Sequence record: MZ475898.1 | Reading direction: 5' to 3' (one strand) | DNA length: 64,000 bases | Shown here: one piece after another, positions 38,015-47,508 of the stretch | Numbering within the stretch: the stretch's first letter is position 1 | Layout of the letters: every line of letters begins with the position of its first letter | Translations under genes and position numbers: made by a program | Notes under the pieces: generated by a model | The model's input: the letters and a program-made list of their open reading frames with translations, nothing else | The model's database searches: none | Told to the model about the DNA's origin: nothing

Positions 38015-38195
38015 ACGTTATTGGCGGGCACTCATTGTATTGCTCGTCGTTTTCATCATTAGTTGTTTGCTGCCCATTCTTGAAGTGCGCAACCCAACAC
38101 TGACTCTTATCGTAGTCGTGATTGTTGCCTGCTACTTCATTGCAGTCTGGGCATACAAACCTGTTAAAGCAATTAAGGAAGAGTTGGATGACTAG
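37998..38195 (+). CDS. Small membrane protein (2 TM)
   Basis: Two strongly hydrophobic segments. Confidence 0.6.
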   Translation: MHLHLKRYWRALIVLLVVFIISCLLPILEVRNPTLTLIVVVIVACYFIAVWAYKPVKAIKEELDD

Positions 38196-38745
38196 TCGTA
38201 AGAACGAAGTCAAGTTGACTGACGCTGAGGTAGCCGCAGGCGCACGGCAGATACTTGAGATGCTGGTGAGTATGCGTCTCAGTGCGCATCATCAGGATGT
38301 CGGCTATGAAACGCTGTACACCGATTCTCTGGGTGAGACGCAGGGCGGTTGGTATGTAGCATTCGACAGCTTGAGCCGTGCTCGACTCAAAGAATCCAAA
38401 GCTGTGTCGTGGCGCAACGTCGGTATGGTCTCTGGTGATTCGCTAGAAGATGTTCTCACAACGCTGCGAACTCTCCGCCGAGATATGTCCAATCGCGTAC
38501 ATGCGCCCACACCAGAAGAGCGTGAGCGTGTACTCAACTTGCGTGATAGCAACATACGCAACGCACTGACTAAGTTCCACAAGGGTGAGTCGCTGTCTGA
38601 CGGTGAACTCAACCTGAGCATTAAGCATTTTCAGTCGTTAGAGAATGCGCTTCGCGTAGATGAGTTGTTGCAACTTGCAGCACCCTACATTACTCAGAAT
38701 CTCAACGTGCTCTTAGGATATAAAGAAGCACGCCGTCGCAAATAA
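38188..38745 (+). CDS. Hypothetical protein
   Basis: AAGGA RBS before MTSRK; terminator follows (about 38751-38783). Confidence 0.7.
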   Translation: MTSRKNEVKLTDAEVAAGARQILEMLVSMRLSAHHQDVGYETLYTDSLGETQGGWYVAFDSLSRARLKESKAVSWRNVGMVSGDSLEDVLTTLRTLRRDMSNRVHAPTPEERERVLNLRDSNIRNALTKFHKGESLSDGELNLSIKHFQSLENALRVDELLQLAAPYITQNLNVLLGYKEARRRK

Positions 38746-38801
38746 CAATCGGGAGATCCCTAACAAGGGGTTTCCCTTTTTGCATTTCTGGAGCAAATTT
38801 T

Positions 38802-39782
38802 ATGCGTTTTGGTTTCGCCTGCAAACTGCTTGATGACAACGGTAAGCAACCGTACACGAACAAGAGCCTGAGCTATGCTCACTTCTCCAAGCTGTCTCAG
38901 ACAGAGCAGCAAGAAAAGCTGGTGCTCGTCGTCACACACAATCTGACCTCGTTGCTTGAGATGATCAGACACGTTGGCCGTCTGCGCACCGACTTGCGTA
39001 TGTTTCGAATCACAAGCGAACTACTTCCGCTGTTCACGCACCCGATGGTAACGCGTATGTATCTCCAAACACACATGACCAAACTGACCGACACGATGTT
39101 GGCGACATGTGGTGCAGCGGCTAGACGTCTTGGTGTTCGACTGTCATTCCACCCAGGTCAGTTTACCGTGCTTGCGTCTGACCGACCTGACGTTATGCTC
39201 AACTCGATTAACGAAATGGAGTATCACGCCTACTGTGCGCAGGCTATGGGCTACGGTCGTAAGTTCCAAGATTTCAAAATCAACATTCACCTGAGCGGTC
39301 GTCGTGGTTCCGCAGGTTTCAGAGACGCCTACTCTCGTCTAAGCGATCATTGCCGCAAGATGATCACGGTAGAAAACGATGAGTACACTTCCTCGATCGA
39401 GGATTGTCTTGAGCTTGCCGACATTTGTCCTATCGTTCTCGACATTCACCATCACTGGGTAATGACTAACGAATACATTCAGCCAACCGATGATCGTGTT
39501 CAACGTGTCATTGACTCGTGGCGCGGCGTTCGTCCTGTTGCGCATTACTCTGTGTCTCGCCCAGAGTTCATACCATCTACAGGTCTGCCTGATCAGAACA
39601 AGATAGAAGCAAAGTCTGCCTCGCTGCGTGCTCATTCTGACTACTACCACAACGACAGCGTAAACGAGTGGGCCCTCAGCTTCGAGCAATTCGACCTGAT
39701 GTGCGAGTCTAAAGCGAAGAATCTAGCACGCACGAAACTAGCCCTTTTTAAGGGCAACTCTGCACAAATATGGTCAAAATAA
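38802..39782 (+). CDS. uvsE: UV damage endonuclease (UvdE/UvsE)
   Basis: RFGFAC, FRITSELLP, RLSFHPGQF, INIH, VENDE, DIHHH, HYS, AHSDY, MCESKAK motifs. Confidence 0.92.
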   Translation: MRFGFACKLLDDNGKQPYTNKSLSYAHFSKLSQTEQQEKLVLVVTHNLTSLLEMIRHVGRLRTDLRMFRITSELLPLFTHPMVTRMYLQTHMTKLTDTMLATCGAAARRLGVRLSFHPGQFTVLASDRPDVMLNSINEMEYHAYCAQAMGYGRKFQDFKINIHLSGRRGSAGFRDAYSRLSDHCRKMITVENDEYTSSIEDCLELADICPIVLDIHHHWVMTNEYIQPTDDRVQRVIDSWRGVRPVAHYSVSRPEFIPSTGLPDQNKIEAKSASLRAHSDYYHNDSVNEWALSFEQFDLMCESKAKNLARTKLALFKGNSAQIWSK

Positions 39783-39815
39783 GGCTTGTTTTAGAAGGTG
39801 CCCCTATGATACACT
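39772..39815 (+). promoter_or_regulatory. Early-type promoter (GGTCAAAA, 30 nt, TACACT with TG extension)
   Basis: 11-copy motif; ACGAGC/GCTCGT hairpin follows. Confidence 0.7.
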
Positions 39816-39866
39816 GATTACGAGCACTGTATGCTCGTTTCTACTGATTCAAGAGGATAAGACAAT

Positions 39867-40163
39867 ATGTTCATTACAACTCTAAACGCAAACACTGCGA
39901 AATCTGCACCGAAAGCAATTAACCACATGAACCTCGACCTTGCACCTTCTGGTCGCATTTCTTGTGTCTGGCCGGGCGCACTCGATGTTCCTGCGAACAT
40001 TAAACGTTTCTGCCGTGCTTGTGAAATCATTACCGACCTTGACCCATGTATGCGTCTTCGTTTCAAAGGTCGTCGCTCTGACGTTCTGGCGCTCATTACC
40101 AAGATCGCTCCTGACAACCCTGACCTCGCAGCGCGAATTGCGGGCACTATCACTGAGGCTTAA
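39867..40163 (+). CDS. Hypothetical protein
   Basis: GAGGA RBS. Confidence 0.7.
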   Translation: MFITTLNANTAKSAPKAINHMNLDLAPSGRISCVWPGALDVPANIKRFCRACEIITDLDPCMRLRFKGRRSDVLALITKIAPDNPDLAARIAGTITEA

Positions 40164-40164
40164 A

Positions 40165-40428
40165 ATGAAAATCCCCTGTTTGAATGCTGTGTATGGTATT
40201 ACGAACACCAATACTCCACTCGTGGATAAACGCGGCTTTCGTTGTGTTGAATCGAAATATGTTGACGGAACGGAGGTTAGATTACAACGACAAGCCCATG
40301 ACATTCATGAACGTGTGGTAGTGGCCTATGACCAGTATGGTCGTGCAGTGTATGGAACACTGACTCCGCCCGCATCGTTCGAAGTGCGTGACAGCAAGGA
40401 AAGCGACCAATATAACAAGGCGCCCTAG
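40165..40428 (+). CDS. Hypothetical protein
   Basis: GAGG RBS before MKIPC. Confidence 0.6.
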   Translation: MKIPCLNAVYGITNTNTPLVDKRGFRCVESKYVDGTEVRLQRQAHDIHERVVVAYDQYGRAVYGTLTPPASFEVRDSKESDQYNKAP

Positions 40429-40506
40429 CAAGCTCACAACGAAGCCATAGAATGAATACTAAGAAGTCTAACAATTCATGCGCTGACCTAATCGTGGGGT
40501 GTCAAA

Positions 40507-40884
40507 ATGATCGTAGTATGTAACTCTTCAAAGGAATTTTCTGTTGAACGTTTGAAACACGGGGACGCATTTGTATTCGGCAAGACGCGAATGCTTCTGC
40601 GAGCGGACTATCTGATACTAACAGATAAGCACAATGCTTTTTACGTGGTTCGCAAATCTGATGTTGTTTGGGCTCCCGAATTAACTGGCGCTACGCACAT
40701 GATTAAGATCAGGGCGTATGCCCAGATTAAGCCGTTCGAACTCCATGCAGCATGTCCACAATTCAATGGTCGTGTTTACGGAACAATCGCTTTCCGTAAC
40801 CCACACTTTGAACATAGAATGAATACACTTCGTTATAGTGAGACAATCTTTGGAGGTCAACATGGCACGGTATCATGTGTTTAG
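40507..40884 (+). CDS. Hypothetical protein
   Basis: ORF in operon. Confidence 0.6.
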   Translation: MIVVCNSSKEFSVERLKHGDAFVFGKTRMLLRADYLILTDKHNAFYVVRKSDVVWAPELTGATHMIKIRAYAQIKPFELHAACPQFNGRVYGTIAFRNPHFEHRMNTLRYSETIFGGQHGTVSCV

Positions 40885-41110
40885 TGCAGAAAGCAAATAC
40901 TACGGCGAAGCATATGAGGGAACGCACTTAAAAGCGATTGATCTCGGGTACCCAGTTACCCACGCCGAGTTTAAAAATTTCGAGAGTGCTAAGGAATGCG
41001 CAGATAAGTTACATGAGGTTTGCGATATGGGCTGGATTGTATACAACGCTTTTTCAGAAGTATCTGTATACGACAGCCGCACTATTGAAGGTGAGTCTGT
41101 AAATAACTAA
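40862..41110 (+). CDS. Hypothetical protein
   Basis: GGAGG RBS before MARYH. Confidence 0.7.
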   Translation: MARYHVFSAESKYYGEAYEGTHLKAIDLGYPVTHAEFKNFESAKECADKLHEVCDMGWIVYNAFSEVSVYDSRTIEGESVNN

Positions 41111-41181
41111 CAGACGACCTTGCATCTTCCGTGTGATGCTTACGGGCGTCACGCACATTCACTGTGATAATGAGGTTCAAA

Positions 41182-41697
41182 ATGAAATACGCTTCAATCG
41201 TTCTTGCTACTCTGCTTGCCACTTCTTTCGCTGCGTCTGCCGCCAACTACAAAGCACCAGCGCCTGTTAAGGGTATGCAGTCTAGCGGTATGCACATCGA
41301 TGATCAACTGGACGATAGCTGCAAGGCCAAACTTGCTCAAGCCATCGACTTGCGCGACTCTGTTGTTGACTTCACTGTTAGTCGCAATCAGATTGATACT
41401 GTGGCCGCTTGGCCGCTTGTGTGTTCCCCAACAGTCGAAGCAAAGACTGTTAGTGTTGAGCGTATGGGTTCTGACCTGACGATCACTTACGTTAACAACG
41501 ACGATACCCTGCACCCGCTGACTCTGACCTTGCAGCGTGTTGAATCTGAATCCGAAGAGGACGCACCCGCGTATCAGATAGTCCAAGTAGGCGACATGAG
41601 CGCCATGGGTTATCAAGAGCAGGCTGACGTTAAAGATTGGCTGCTTGATTGCTACGCTGCTACCTTGCAGACTGGCATTCCACTGAGCATGAACTAA
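41182..41697 (+). CDS. Secreted/periplasmic protein with Sec signal peptide
   Basis: MKYASIVLATLLATSFAASA|ANY; GAGG RBS. Confidence 0.7.
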   Translation: MKYASIVLATLLATSFAASAANYKAPAPVKGMQSSGMHIDDQLDDSCKAKLAQAIDLRDSVVDFTVSRNQIDTVAAWPLVCSPTVEAKTVSVERMGSDLTITYVNNDDTLHPLTLTLQRVESESEEDAPAYQIVQVGDMSAMGYQEQADVKDWLLDCYAATLQTGIPLSMN

Positions 41698-41975
41698 TGC
41701 AGCACCGTCGTAAAGTAAAGGCCGAGTCAAAGCAACGTTCAATACCCGAAGACTGGCCTGTATTCAAAGACATGTTGCTGACGTTGCGCATCGCTGTACT
41801 CACGGACGAGAAGCCTCACGCTAAACTGCGTGCGCTTGCTCTCCAATGGTATACAGATGGGAAGTATCGTAACCCTGTCTGTGATTCTGTTCTGCTTAGG
41901 CTAACCGCTGAGAAACGCCCTAAGCAAACTCTTGATCAATTGATCACTCTCTATAACTTTCTTGAGGAAGAATAA
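41697..41975 (+). CDS. Hypothetical basic protein
   Basis: TAATG coupling. Confidence 0.65.
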   Translation: MQHRRKVKAESKQRSIPEDWPVFKDMLLTLRIAVLTDEKPHAKLRALALQWYTDGKYRNPVCDSVLLRLTAEKRPKQTLDQLITLYNFLEEE

Positions 41976-41977
41976 AA

Positions 41978-43186
41978 ATGGCTATCATTTCCGCAGAAGA
42001 ACAAGCGCGTCTGGATTCACTTGCTGCTATCGTAGCTAAGATGTGGGCACAAGGCGGCCCTGCTGTGCGTGATGCTCTGCGCTACGTTGCTAACCAAATG
42101 CTGAGCGACGAGCATTCATTCCTGTACGAAGAAGTGCCTGGTGTAACGCCTGACATTGAATCTGTCTACCACCATCTGGGCGATTTGCCACTGACGGGTA
42201 TGACCCGCATCGTGCGCAATCCTGACTTGATCAGCTCGCTTGAAGATCTGATGAACAAAAACGAGCGTGAGATCTTCGGCTCTGCTGTGCGTAACAGCGC
42301 GTACACTATGTTCAAACTTTTACCGCAGAATGAAACCTCGGTGTTCTGTCATCCAGGTAAAGGTGCTACCTCTCGCACCCAGCCACGTCAGGTCGCTGAA
42401 AGACTACATCGTGGTTTAAGCTACATGTTGTCCGTGCACGGTCTGGACGCGTATATCAAAAAGGCTGACAATCAAATTCGCTCTTACGGGCATACTCGCC
42501 TAGCCTCTCTGGTAATCGCAGTCGCAGTCAAAGGCGAACGCAGTGTTGCTACTCGCATCGTACCTCTGTGGCGTATGGACGATCACACGGAAGAGGTAGG
42601 CACGATTGAACTTGATCAAGATATTCCGAACGATCAGCCTGCTTACTCAACTGCGGTAGAAACCGATAGTCAGGTTTGGCAGAAGTTCGATGCAGAACAC
42701 CTTATCGCTATCCTGCTCAAGCATGAAAATCATAGCGCGTCTAAGTTACGTGGCATGGACCGCGAAGAATTAGACGATACCTATGAAGCCTTCGTTGATG
42801 ACTATCTTGACGACAACCAAGATGAGGAAGAAGACGATGAGTGGGACGAAGAAGATGAAGACGAAGAAGATGCCTTCTGTCCTGAAATCCCTTCGCGTCT
42901 AGCTCTCCCTATCGAACTGCCTATTGTTAATCTCGAACGTCAGAAGTTAGACATTCGTCCAGGCGTGCGTTTGAAGACCAAAAAGCCTAAACAGTCTCAT
43001 ATTCAGAATATTCTGATTGATCCAGTTTGGCACGCAGTTGACCTACAAGACGAGAACAATATTCATTATTTCAGTGTGTCTATTGTTGCCCGTGATACTG
43101 TCGGTCATAAGGCTATTTCAGCTTCGCCGCTTGAAGCACTGACTATCTCCAACGTGCTGATGCAGATCGCTGAAACTAACACTTAA
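41978..43186 (+). CDS. Hypothetical protein with internal acidic tract
   Basis: GAGGA RBS; D/E tract. Confidence 0.8.
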   Translation: MAIISAEEQARLDSLAAIVAKMWAQGGPAVRDALRYVANQMLSDEHSFLYEEVPGVTPDIESVYHHLGDLPLTGMTRIVRNPDLISSLEDLMNKNEREIFGSAVRNSAYTMFKLLPQNETSVFCHPGKGATSRTQPRQVAERLHRGLSYMLSVHGLDAYIKKADNQIRSYGHTRLASLVIAVAVKGERSVATRIVPLWRMDDHTEEVGTIELDQDIPNDQPAYSTAVETDSQVWQKFDAEHLIAILLKHENHSASKLRGMDREELDDTYEAFVDDYLDDNQDEEEDDEWDEEDEDEEDAFCPEIPSRLALPIELPIVNLERQKLDIRPGVRLKTKKPKQSHIQNILIDPVWHAVDLQDENNIHYFSVSIVARDTVGHKAISASPLEALTISNVLMQIAETNT

Positions 43187-43188
43187 CT

Positions 43189-43231
43189 GGACAAAACAGC
43201 GCTTCTTAACGAGGCGCTTTTCTGCTATAAT
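43189..43231 (+). promoter_or_regulatory. Early-type promoter (GGACAAAA, 29 nt, TATAAT with TG extension)
   Basis: 11-copy motif; AGAGC/GCTCT hairpin follows. Confidence 0.8.
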
Positions 43232-43297
43232 AGCAGCTAGAGCACAAGCTCTCACGTTTGCATTTACTATACGTTAAATACGGGAACCTCACATATT

Positions 43298-43600
43298 ATG
43301 GCACGTAACATTTCACGCAAGAAAGCGCTCGACCTGATGGCAAAAACTTACAACGAAAAACATCCAGAGTATTTGCCGCGCCTCATGAAAGAGGACATGA
43401 ATGCGAAAGACCTGTTCGAATTCCGTGAAGATGTTGTAGCTCAAATTCAGGCAGGTTTGAATCCTGCGAAAGTTGTTGATGATATGATCGACAACGCAAT
43501 ACGCGTCACCACGATGCGCCGCCGTATGAGCAATGATTATAATCCGAAAATCTCCGACGTCCTTACCGATGAACTGCGTGAGGAACTTCGTAAACTCTAA
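43298..43600 (+). CDS. Hypothetical protein
   Basis: ORF after promoter. Confidence 0.7.
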   Translation: MARNISRKKALDLMAKTYNEKHPEYLPRLMKEDMNAKDLFEFREDVVAQIQAGLNPAKVVDDMIDNAIRVTTMRRRMSNDYNPKISDVLTDELREELRKL

Positions 43601-43609
43601 GGAATAAAA

Positions 43610-44170
43610 ATGAAAAACTACGGTTACTTCTTTATCCTGAATCACATCGCACTCGCCGTAGATAGCGCCAGCAAGGAAGCTGGCTTTAAAGATTTGGTTG
43701 AGCTGGACATGTTCAACCGCGCTTCTGTTTTAGTTGTAGCTGACGCCGAGCCAAGGGGACGTCAGATTGCAAACGATTTGACCGCCGCACTTTATCCACG
43801 AGCGGCTGATTGTGTGCCAACAGTTGAGCAACGCATGATGTTAGTGCAAGCTCTGCATGATGCCGAAATCGAAAAGATTCTTGGCAACATCCGCTTCTTC
43901 GTACCGCACGCTCACACGCGAGAAGATCTGATTTCGCGTTTCGGCTTTTACGTGGAGAACGATCAGCCTGCGCTGTTTATGCCGTACTACATGCGAAAGC
44001 ATATTCTCAGTGACACCGCTGTGTTCTGCGAGGGGCGTCTGACTTCATTCAGAGACGCCTGCTCTAACGGAACTGTTACTGAGAACATCCGCGACTACGG
44101 CCTATTGACTGCGCAAGCGTACGGAAAAGACAACGTGCCTGAAATGTATCAGGACCTGCCTTTGTTTTAA
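43610..44170 (+). CDS. Hypothetical protein
   Basis: AAGGA RBS. Confidence 0.75.
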   Translation: MKNYGYFFILNHIALAVDSASKEAGFKDLVELDMFNRASVLVVADAEPRGRQIANDLTAALYPRAADCVPTVEQRMMLVQALHDAEIEKILGNIRFFVPHAHTREDLISRFGFYVENDQPALFMPYYMRKHILSDTAVFCEGRLTSFRDACSNGTVTENIRDYGLLTAQAYGKDNVPEMYQDLPLF

Positions 44171-44181
44171 GGAGACACCTC

Positions 44182-44649
44182 ATGGGTGTAGTTAACGGTA
44201 TCAGTTCAACTAAGTTCCCGCGTCGAGGGCGGGACGAAGGTCTGACAGTCATTCTTCGTCGTCGCTGGGGATTGTTCCCAGCTACTATCATTCGCCAAGA
44301 TCACGGCGAACCCAATAACACGATCTACCGCATTGAAGCTAAGGCCTTGCCTAAACGTTTCTTCGACGGTAGTCATGAACTCTATGTTGCTGAGTATTAT
44401 CAAACGAACTTTCCTAAAGACACTCCTATGTGTGCTGCTGGTGCAGTTGAAGGTCTGTTCGTTGAGATTGTATTCGACCATGACGTTCACAACAAATGCG
44501 AAGGCATCTGTGTGACTGATCGCGGTATGCAGAAAATCTTTTTGATCACGACAGGTCAACATGAAGGTCGTTACGTCACTGAGGCCGAGTGTGATTACAA
44601 AGTCAAACCTAAACTTGTAAAGGATAATAGAGATGACAGTAACATCTGA
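44182..44649 (+). CDS. Hypothetical protein
   Basis: AAGGAG RBS. Confidence 0.75.
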   Translation: MGVVNGISSTKFPRRGRDEGLTVILRRRWGLFPATIIRQDHGEPNNTIYRIEAKALPKRFFDGSHELYVAEYYQTNFPKDTPMCAAGAVEGLFVEIVFDHDVHNKCEGICVTDRGMQKIFLITTGQHEGRYVTEAECDYKVKPKLVKDNRDDSNI

Positions 44650-44938
44650 ACACTCAACAACATCTAGCTGCAAGCGTGCGACTACAGGCCTGGGTCGTTT
44701 GACTAGCGGTGATCAGTTCTTCCTGTCGCTGGCCGTCACTGGTTCTAAGACAGGTGAAGATGCGGGCTTCATTGATTCCGTTCGTGATCTGCACAAGCAC
44801 ATCGCTGCGTTTGCAGCAAAGCATGAGGTTACGCAAGTGACCGCGTTTCTTGGACATAACGTTATGTCCGACGCTGAGTACACGTTAGAGTTCAACGTGT
44901 CTCAAGTATTCACACTCAAAAAAGAAAGGACGTATTAA
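44633..44938 (+). CDS. Hypothetical protein
   Basis: Overlaps both neighbours. Confidence 0.6.
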   Translation: MTVTSEHSTTSSCKRATTGLGRLTSGDQFFLSLAVTGSKTGEDAGFIDSVRDLHKHIAAFAAKHEVTQVTAFLGHNVMSDAEYTLEFNVSQVFTLKKERTY

Positions 44939-45483
44939 TGGAATTTCAAATTAAGCCAGACTTGCAGACCTACCCAAATTTCATTCTGCCTAAGCGCGGC
45001 TCTGCTCAGGCGGCGGGCCTCGATCTGTTCGCGCAGGAAGATATGATCTTCACTGAAACTACTGAGCTGTTTAATCTTGGCTTCCGCGCCGCTGTGCCTG
45101 AAGGCTACGTTGCCTTAATCGTACCGCGCTCTGGCTTGGGTGCTAAGTTCAACATGCAACTGTCAAACACGATGGGCGTTATTGATAGTGACTATCGTGG
45201 TGATTGGATGGCAGCATTCCATCTGGGCGGTAAAGGCACGCAAGCTGATACACTGCCACCATATGGTCAGTATCAGAAAGAGTTCTATCATCACGGCAGT
45301 GAGCTGTGGGAAAAAGCGAATCAAAACGAAGCGCCTATGCTCCTCGTTCCTAAAGGTGATGCATTTGCGCAGGTGCTGTTCTTTGAAGTACCGTTAATGC
45401 AAGTGACTCTGGTCGACGAGCTGCCTGAAACAGAGCGTGGTGAAGGTGGCTTCGGTTCTACCACGAAGTCGCAAAGTGCCTGA
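44938..45483 (+). CDS. dut: Trimeric dUTPase with an insertion between motifs III and IV
   Basis: AAGLDL, PRSGLG, GVIDSDYRG, AQVLF, RGEGGFGST. Confidence 0.95.
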   Translation: MEFQIKPDLQTYPNFILPKRGSAQAAGLDLFAQEDMIFTETTELFNLGFRAAVPEGYVALIVPRSGLGAKFNMQLSNTMGVIDSDYRGDWMAAFHLGGKGTQADTLPPYGQYQKEFYHHGSELWEKANQNEAPMLLVPKGDAFAQVLFFEVPLMQVTLVDELPETERGEGGFGSTTKSQSA

Positions 45484-45691
45484 TTACCTTATCTTCATCT
45501 TGATCGCCTACTACATTGTAGGCTTCATGCAGTTTATGCGTGAAGTGTTCAGTTCTAAACTGAGTGAGAGCGAACGCTTGGCTGTCATTAAAGAAGATGA
45601 GGACACTCCAACGTCCGTAGTTTGGGCGCAGGCATTTAAGCTGATGTTATACGTTCTGTTCATTCACATACCGATGTGGATATTCAGATAA
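45476..45691 (+). CDS. Small membrane protein (2 TM)
   Basis: GTG start overlapping the dut stop; hydrophobic ends. Confidence 0.55.
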   Translation: MPDYLIFILIAYYIVGFMQFMREVFSSKLSESERLAVIKEDEDTPTSVVWAQAFKLMLYVLFIHIPMWIFR

Positions 45692-45742
45692 CGTCAATCG
45701 TTAGGTCCTTGCGGGGACCTATTTTATCGTAATATAAACACT

Positions 45743-46063
45743 ATGAGCAAAAAGAAACCGCAGTACATTCTGCCTCGTGAGCGTCCTACGCGCTTGCCAA
45801 ATCTGCGTGCTTATCTGATGCATCTGGCACGCAACCCAAACAAACATCGTGCCGTCCTTGAGATGCATTGCAATGCAGCGCTGGCCCAGCTGCGTAAAGA
45901 TCGTTTATTTCTTGGCAGACTGTTTGCTCATAAGGTGTATACGAAGTCGAACAAGGTCGCATACACAATAGTATGGATTGACCCGTACAACTACGATTGC
46001 CTTGTTCTAAATCATATAAAAAGGAGAGTAGAGTTTAAAAACCTTTACGGCCTGATTCTTTGA
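45743..46063 (+). CDS. Hypothetical basic protein
   Basis: ORF. Confidence 0.65.
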   Translation: MSKKKPQYILPRERPTRLPNLRAYLMHLARNPNKHRAVLEMHCNAALAQLRKDRLFLGRLFAHKVYTKSNKVAYTIVWIDPYNYDCLVLNHIKRRVEFKNLYGLIL

Positions 46064-46096
46064 TTAGGTCCTAGCGCCTTCACACTAGGAGACAGA

Positions 46097-46777
46097 ATGA
46101 CTATTCTTATTTCTAACCGCACCGACGAGGTGATTCGCCAACTCAACGTAGCTATCTGGTCAAGCGTTCTATTCGGACTCATTGTACTCGCATCAATTCT
46201 GGTGCAGCCGAATGCAACAGCCAGCGTCTCTACGGGCCCTGATAACGTTATCGATATGTCTTCAACAACTTCACTCGATCCCTCCAATCGTGTGGCAAGA
46301 GAATACAAGGAGATTGCAAAGACGCTAGTTGTGCAAGACGAGCGAAGGCCCTCGCGTTCTGTTACGAGAGAGCGCCTCCGACAATTGTACTCGCATCTAC
46401 CGCACCCCAATGATTTAGGCAGGCAGATTGATTTGGCCGCTGCAAAGTATGCAGTGGACGCAAAGCTGATTCTTTCCATTTGCGTCTCCGAGTCGCATCT
46501 TCGTGCTAAAGTCAGAAACAAGTCTGGTGCAACAGGCATCTGCCAAGTAATGGCCAAGATGCATGGGCATTCAGCAAAAGACCTCCTCGATTATCGTATC
46601 AACATTGATGCGGCAACGAAGATAATTGCAGATCTTAATAAACAGTGTCGTGGTCGTACTGCTTGTGTTATTCAAGCGTACAACACAGGCTGGGGAGCAT
46701 ATTCGAAGGGTGCCCGTGCACCGCAATACTTGGCTAAAGTTAGATCAGAGATGCGCAAGCACCCATCATCATCCTAA
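46097..46777 (+). CDS. Membrane-anchored SLT-family lytic transglycosylase
   Basis: N-terminal TM; catalytic ES (VSESH), GATGICQV, NIDAA, AYNTG motifs. Confidence 0.85.
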   Translation: MTILISNRTDEVIRQLNVAIWSSVLFGLIVLASILVQPNATASVSTGPDNVIDMSSTTSLDPSNRVAREYKEIAKTLVVQDERRPSRSVTRERLRQLYSHLPHPNDLGRQIDLAAAKYAVDAKLILSICVSESHLRAKVRNKSGATGICQVMAKMHGHSAKDLLDYRINIDAATKIIADLNKQCRGRTACVIQAYNTGWGAYSKGARAPQYLAKVRSEMRKHPSSS

Positions 46778-46790
46778 AGAGGACATAATA

Positions 46791-47444
46791 ATGAGCACCG
46801 CCAACATCGCAGACTTGTACAAAATGCAGTTCCAGATTCTCAAACCACTTTCGCCTCGCCAAGAGTACGCACTGATTGTGCTACATGCTTCCGCGACCGA
46901 AGATGACGTTCGTGGTCTGGCCGAAGTTGTTGTTCGTGATTACCCGCACGTTGCGCGTCTGTATGATGCGTTTGCTGCTGCGACTGAGTACGGTGATAAC
47001 TCTGTACCGTTCATCATTCCAGTATCAAACAGTGAGCACGTCACCGAAGAGATTTACGCTATCGTTGACCACTCACTCGTCGTTGCGCCAAGTCTGCGCC
47101 AACTTTTGGAGCAAGCCCTTGAGCGTGTTCAATACATGCCAGAGACTGCTGACGAAAGACGTTTCGTAATTGAACGCGAACCCCTGACTATGGGCTGGTT
47201 CATTGATTGTGTCCTTGACGCGTACAACTGTGGTCAACTGCCTATGGCTGTTCGTCCATCGAAAGCGCAACAGGAAATGCGTAACGAAAACCTGCTGTCG
47301 TTCAATCAGCTCCGTGATGCTGATATGTTCAGCGGCGAGATCGACTACACGCAAGCCTTACAGCCAAGTATGCAAGCGCGTCACATTGCAGCTAAGCTGA
47401 TCGCACGTCTGCAAAACAGCAAGCGTGCCGTAACTGTTAACTAA
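46791..47444 (+). CDS. Hypothetical protein
   Basis: GAGGA RBS before MSTAN; terminator at about 47450-47482. Confidence 0.75.
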   Translation: MSTANIADLYKMQFQILKPLSPRQEYALIVLHASATEDDVRGLAEVVVRDYPHVARLYDAFAAATEYGDNSVPFIIPVSNSEHVTEEIYAIVDHSLVVAPSLRQLLEQALERVQYMPETADERRFVIEREPLTMGWFIDCVLDAYNCGQLPMAVRPSKAQQEMRNENLLSFNQLRDADMFSGEIDYTQALQPSMQARHIAAKLIARLQNSKRAVTVN

Positions 47445-47508
47445 CAACTCGGGAGACCTTAACTGGTTTCCCGTTTTACTTTCTCGCTGAATTTTTAAGG
47501 AAATTCCA

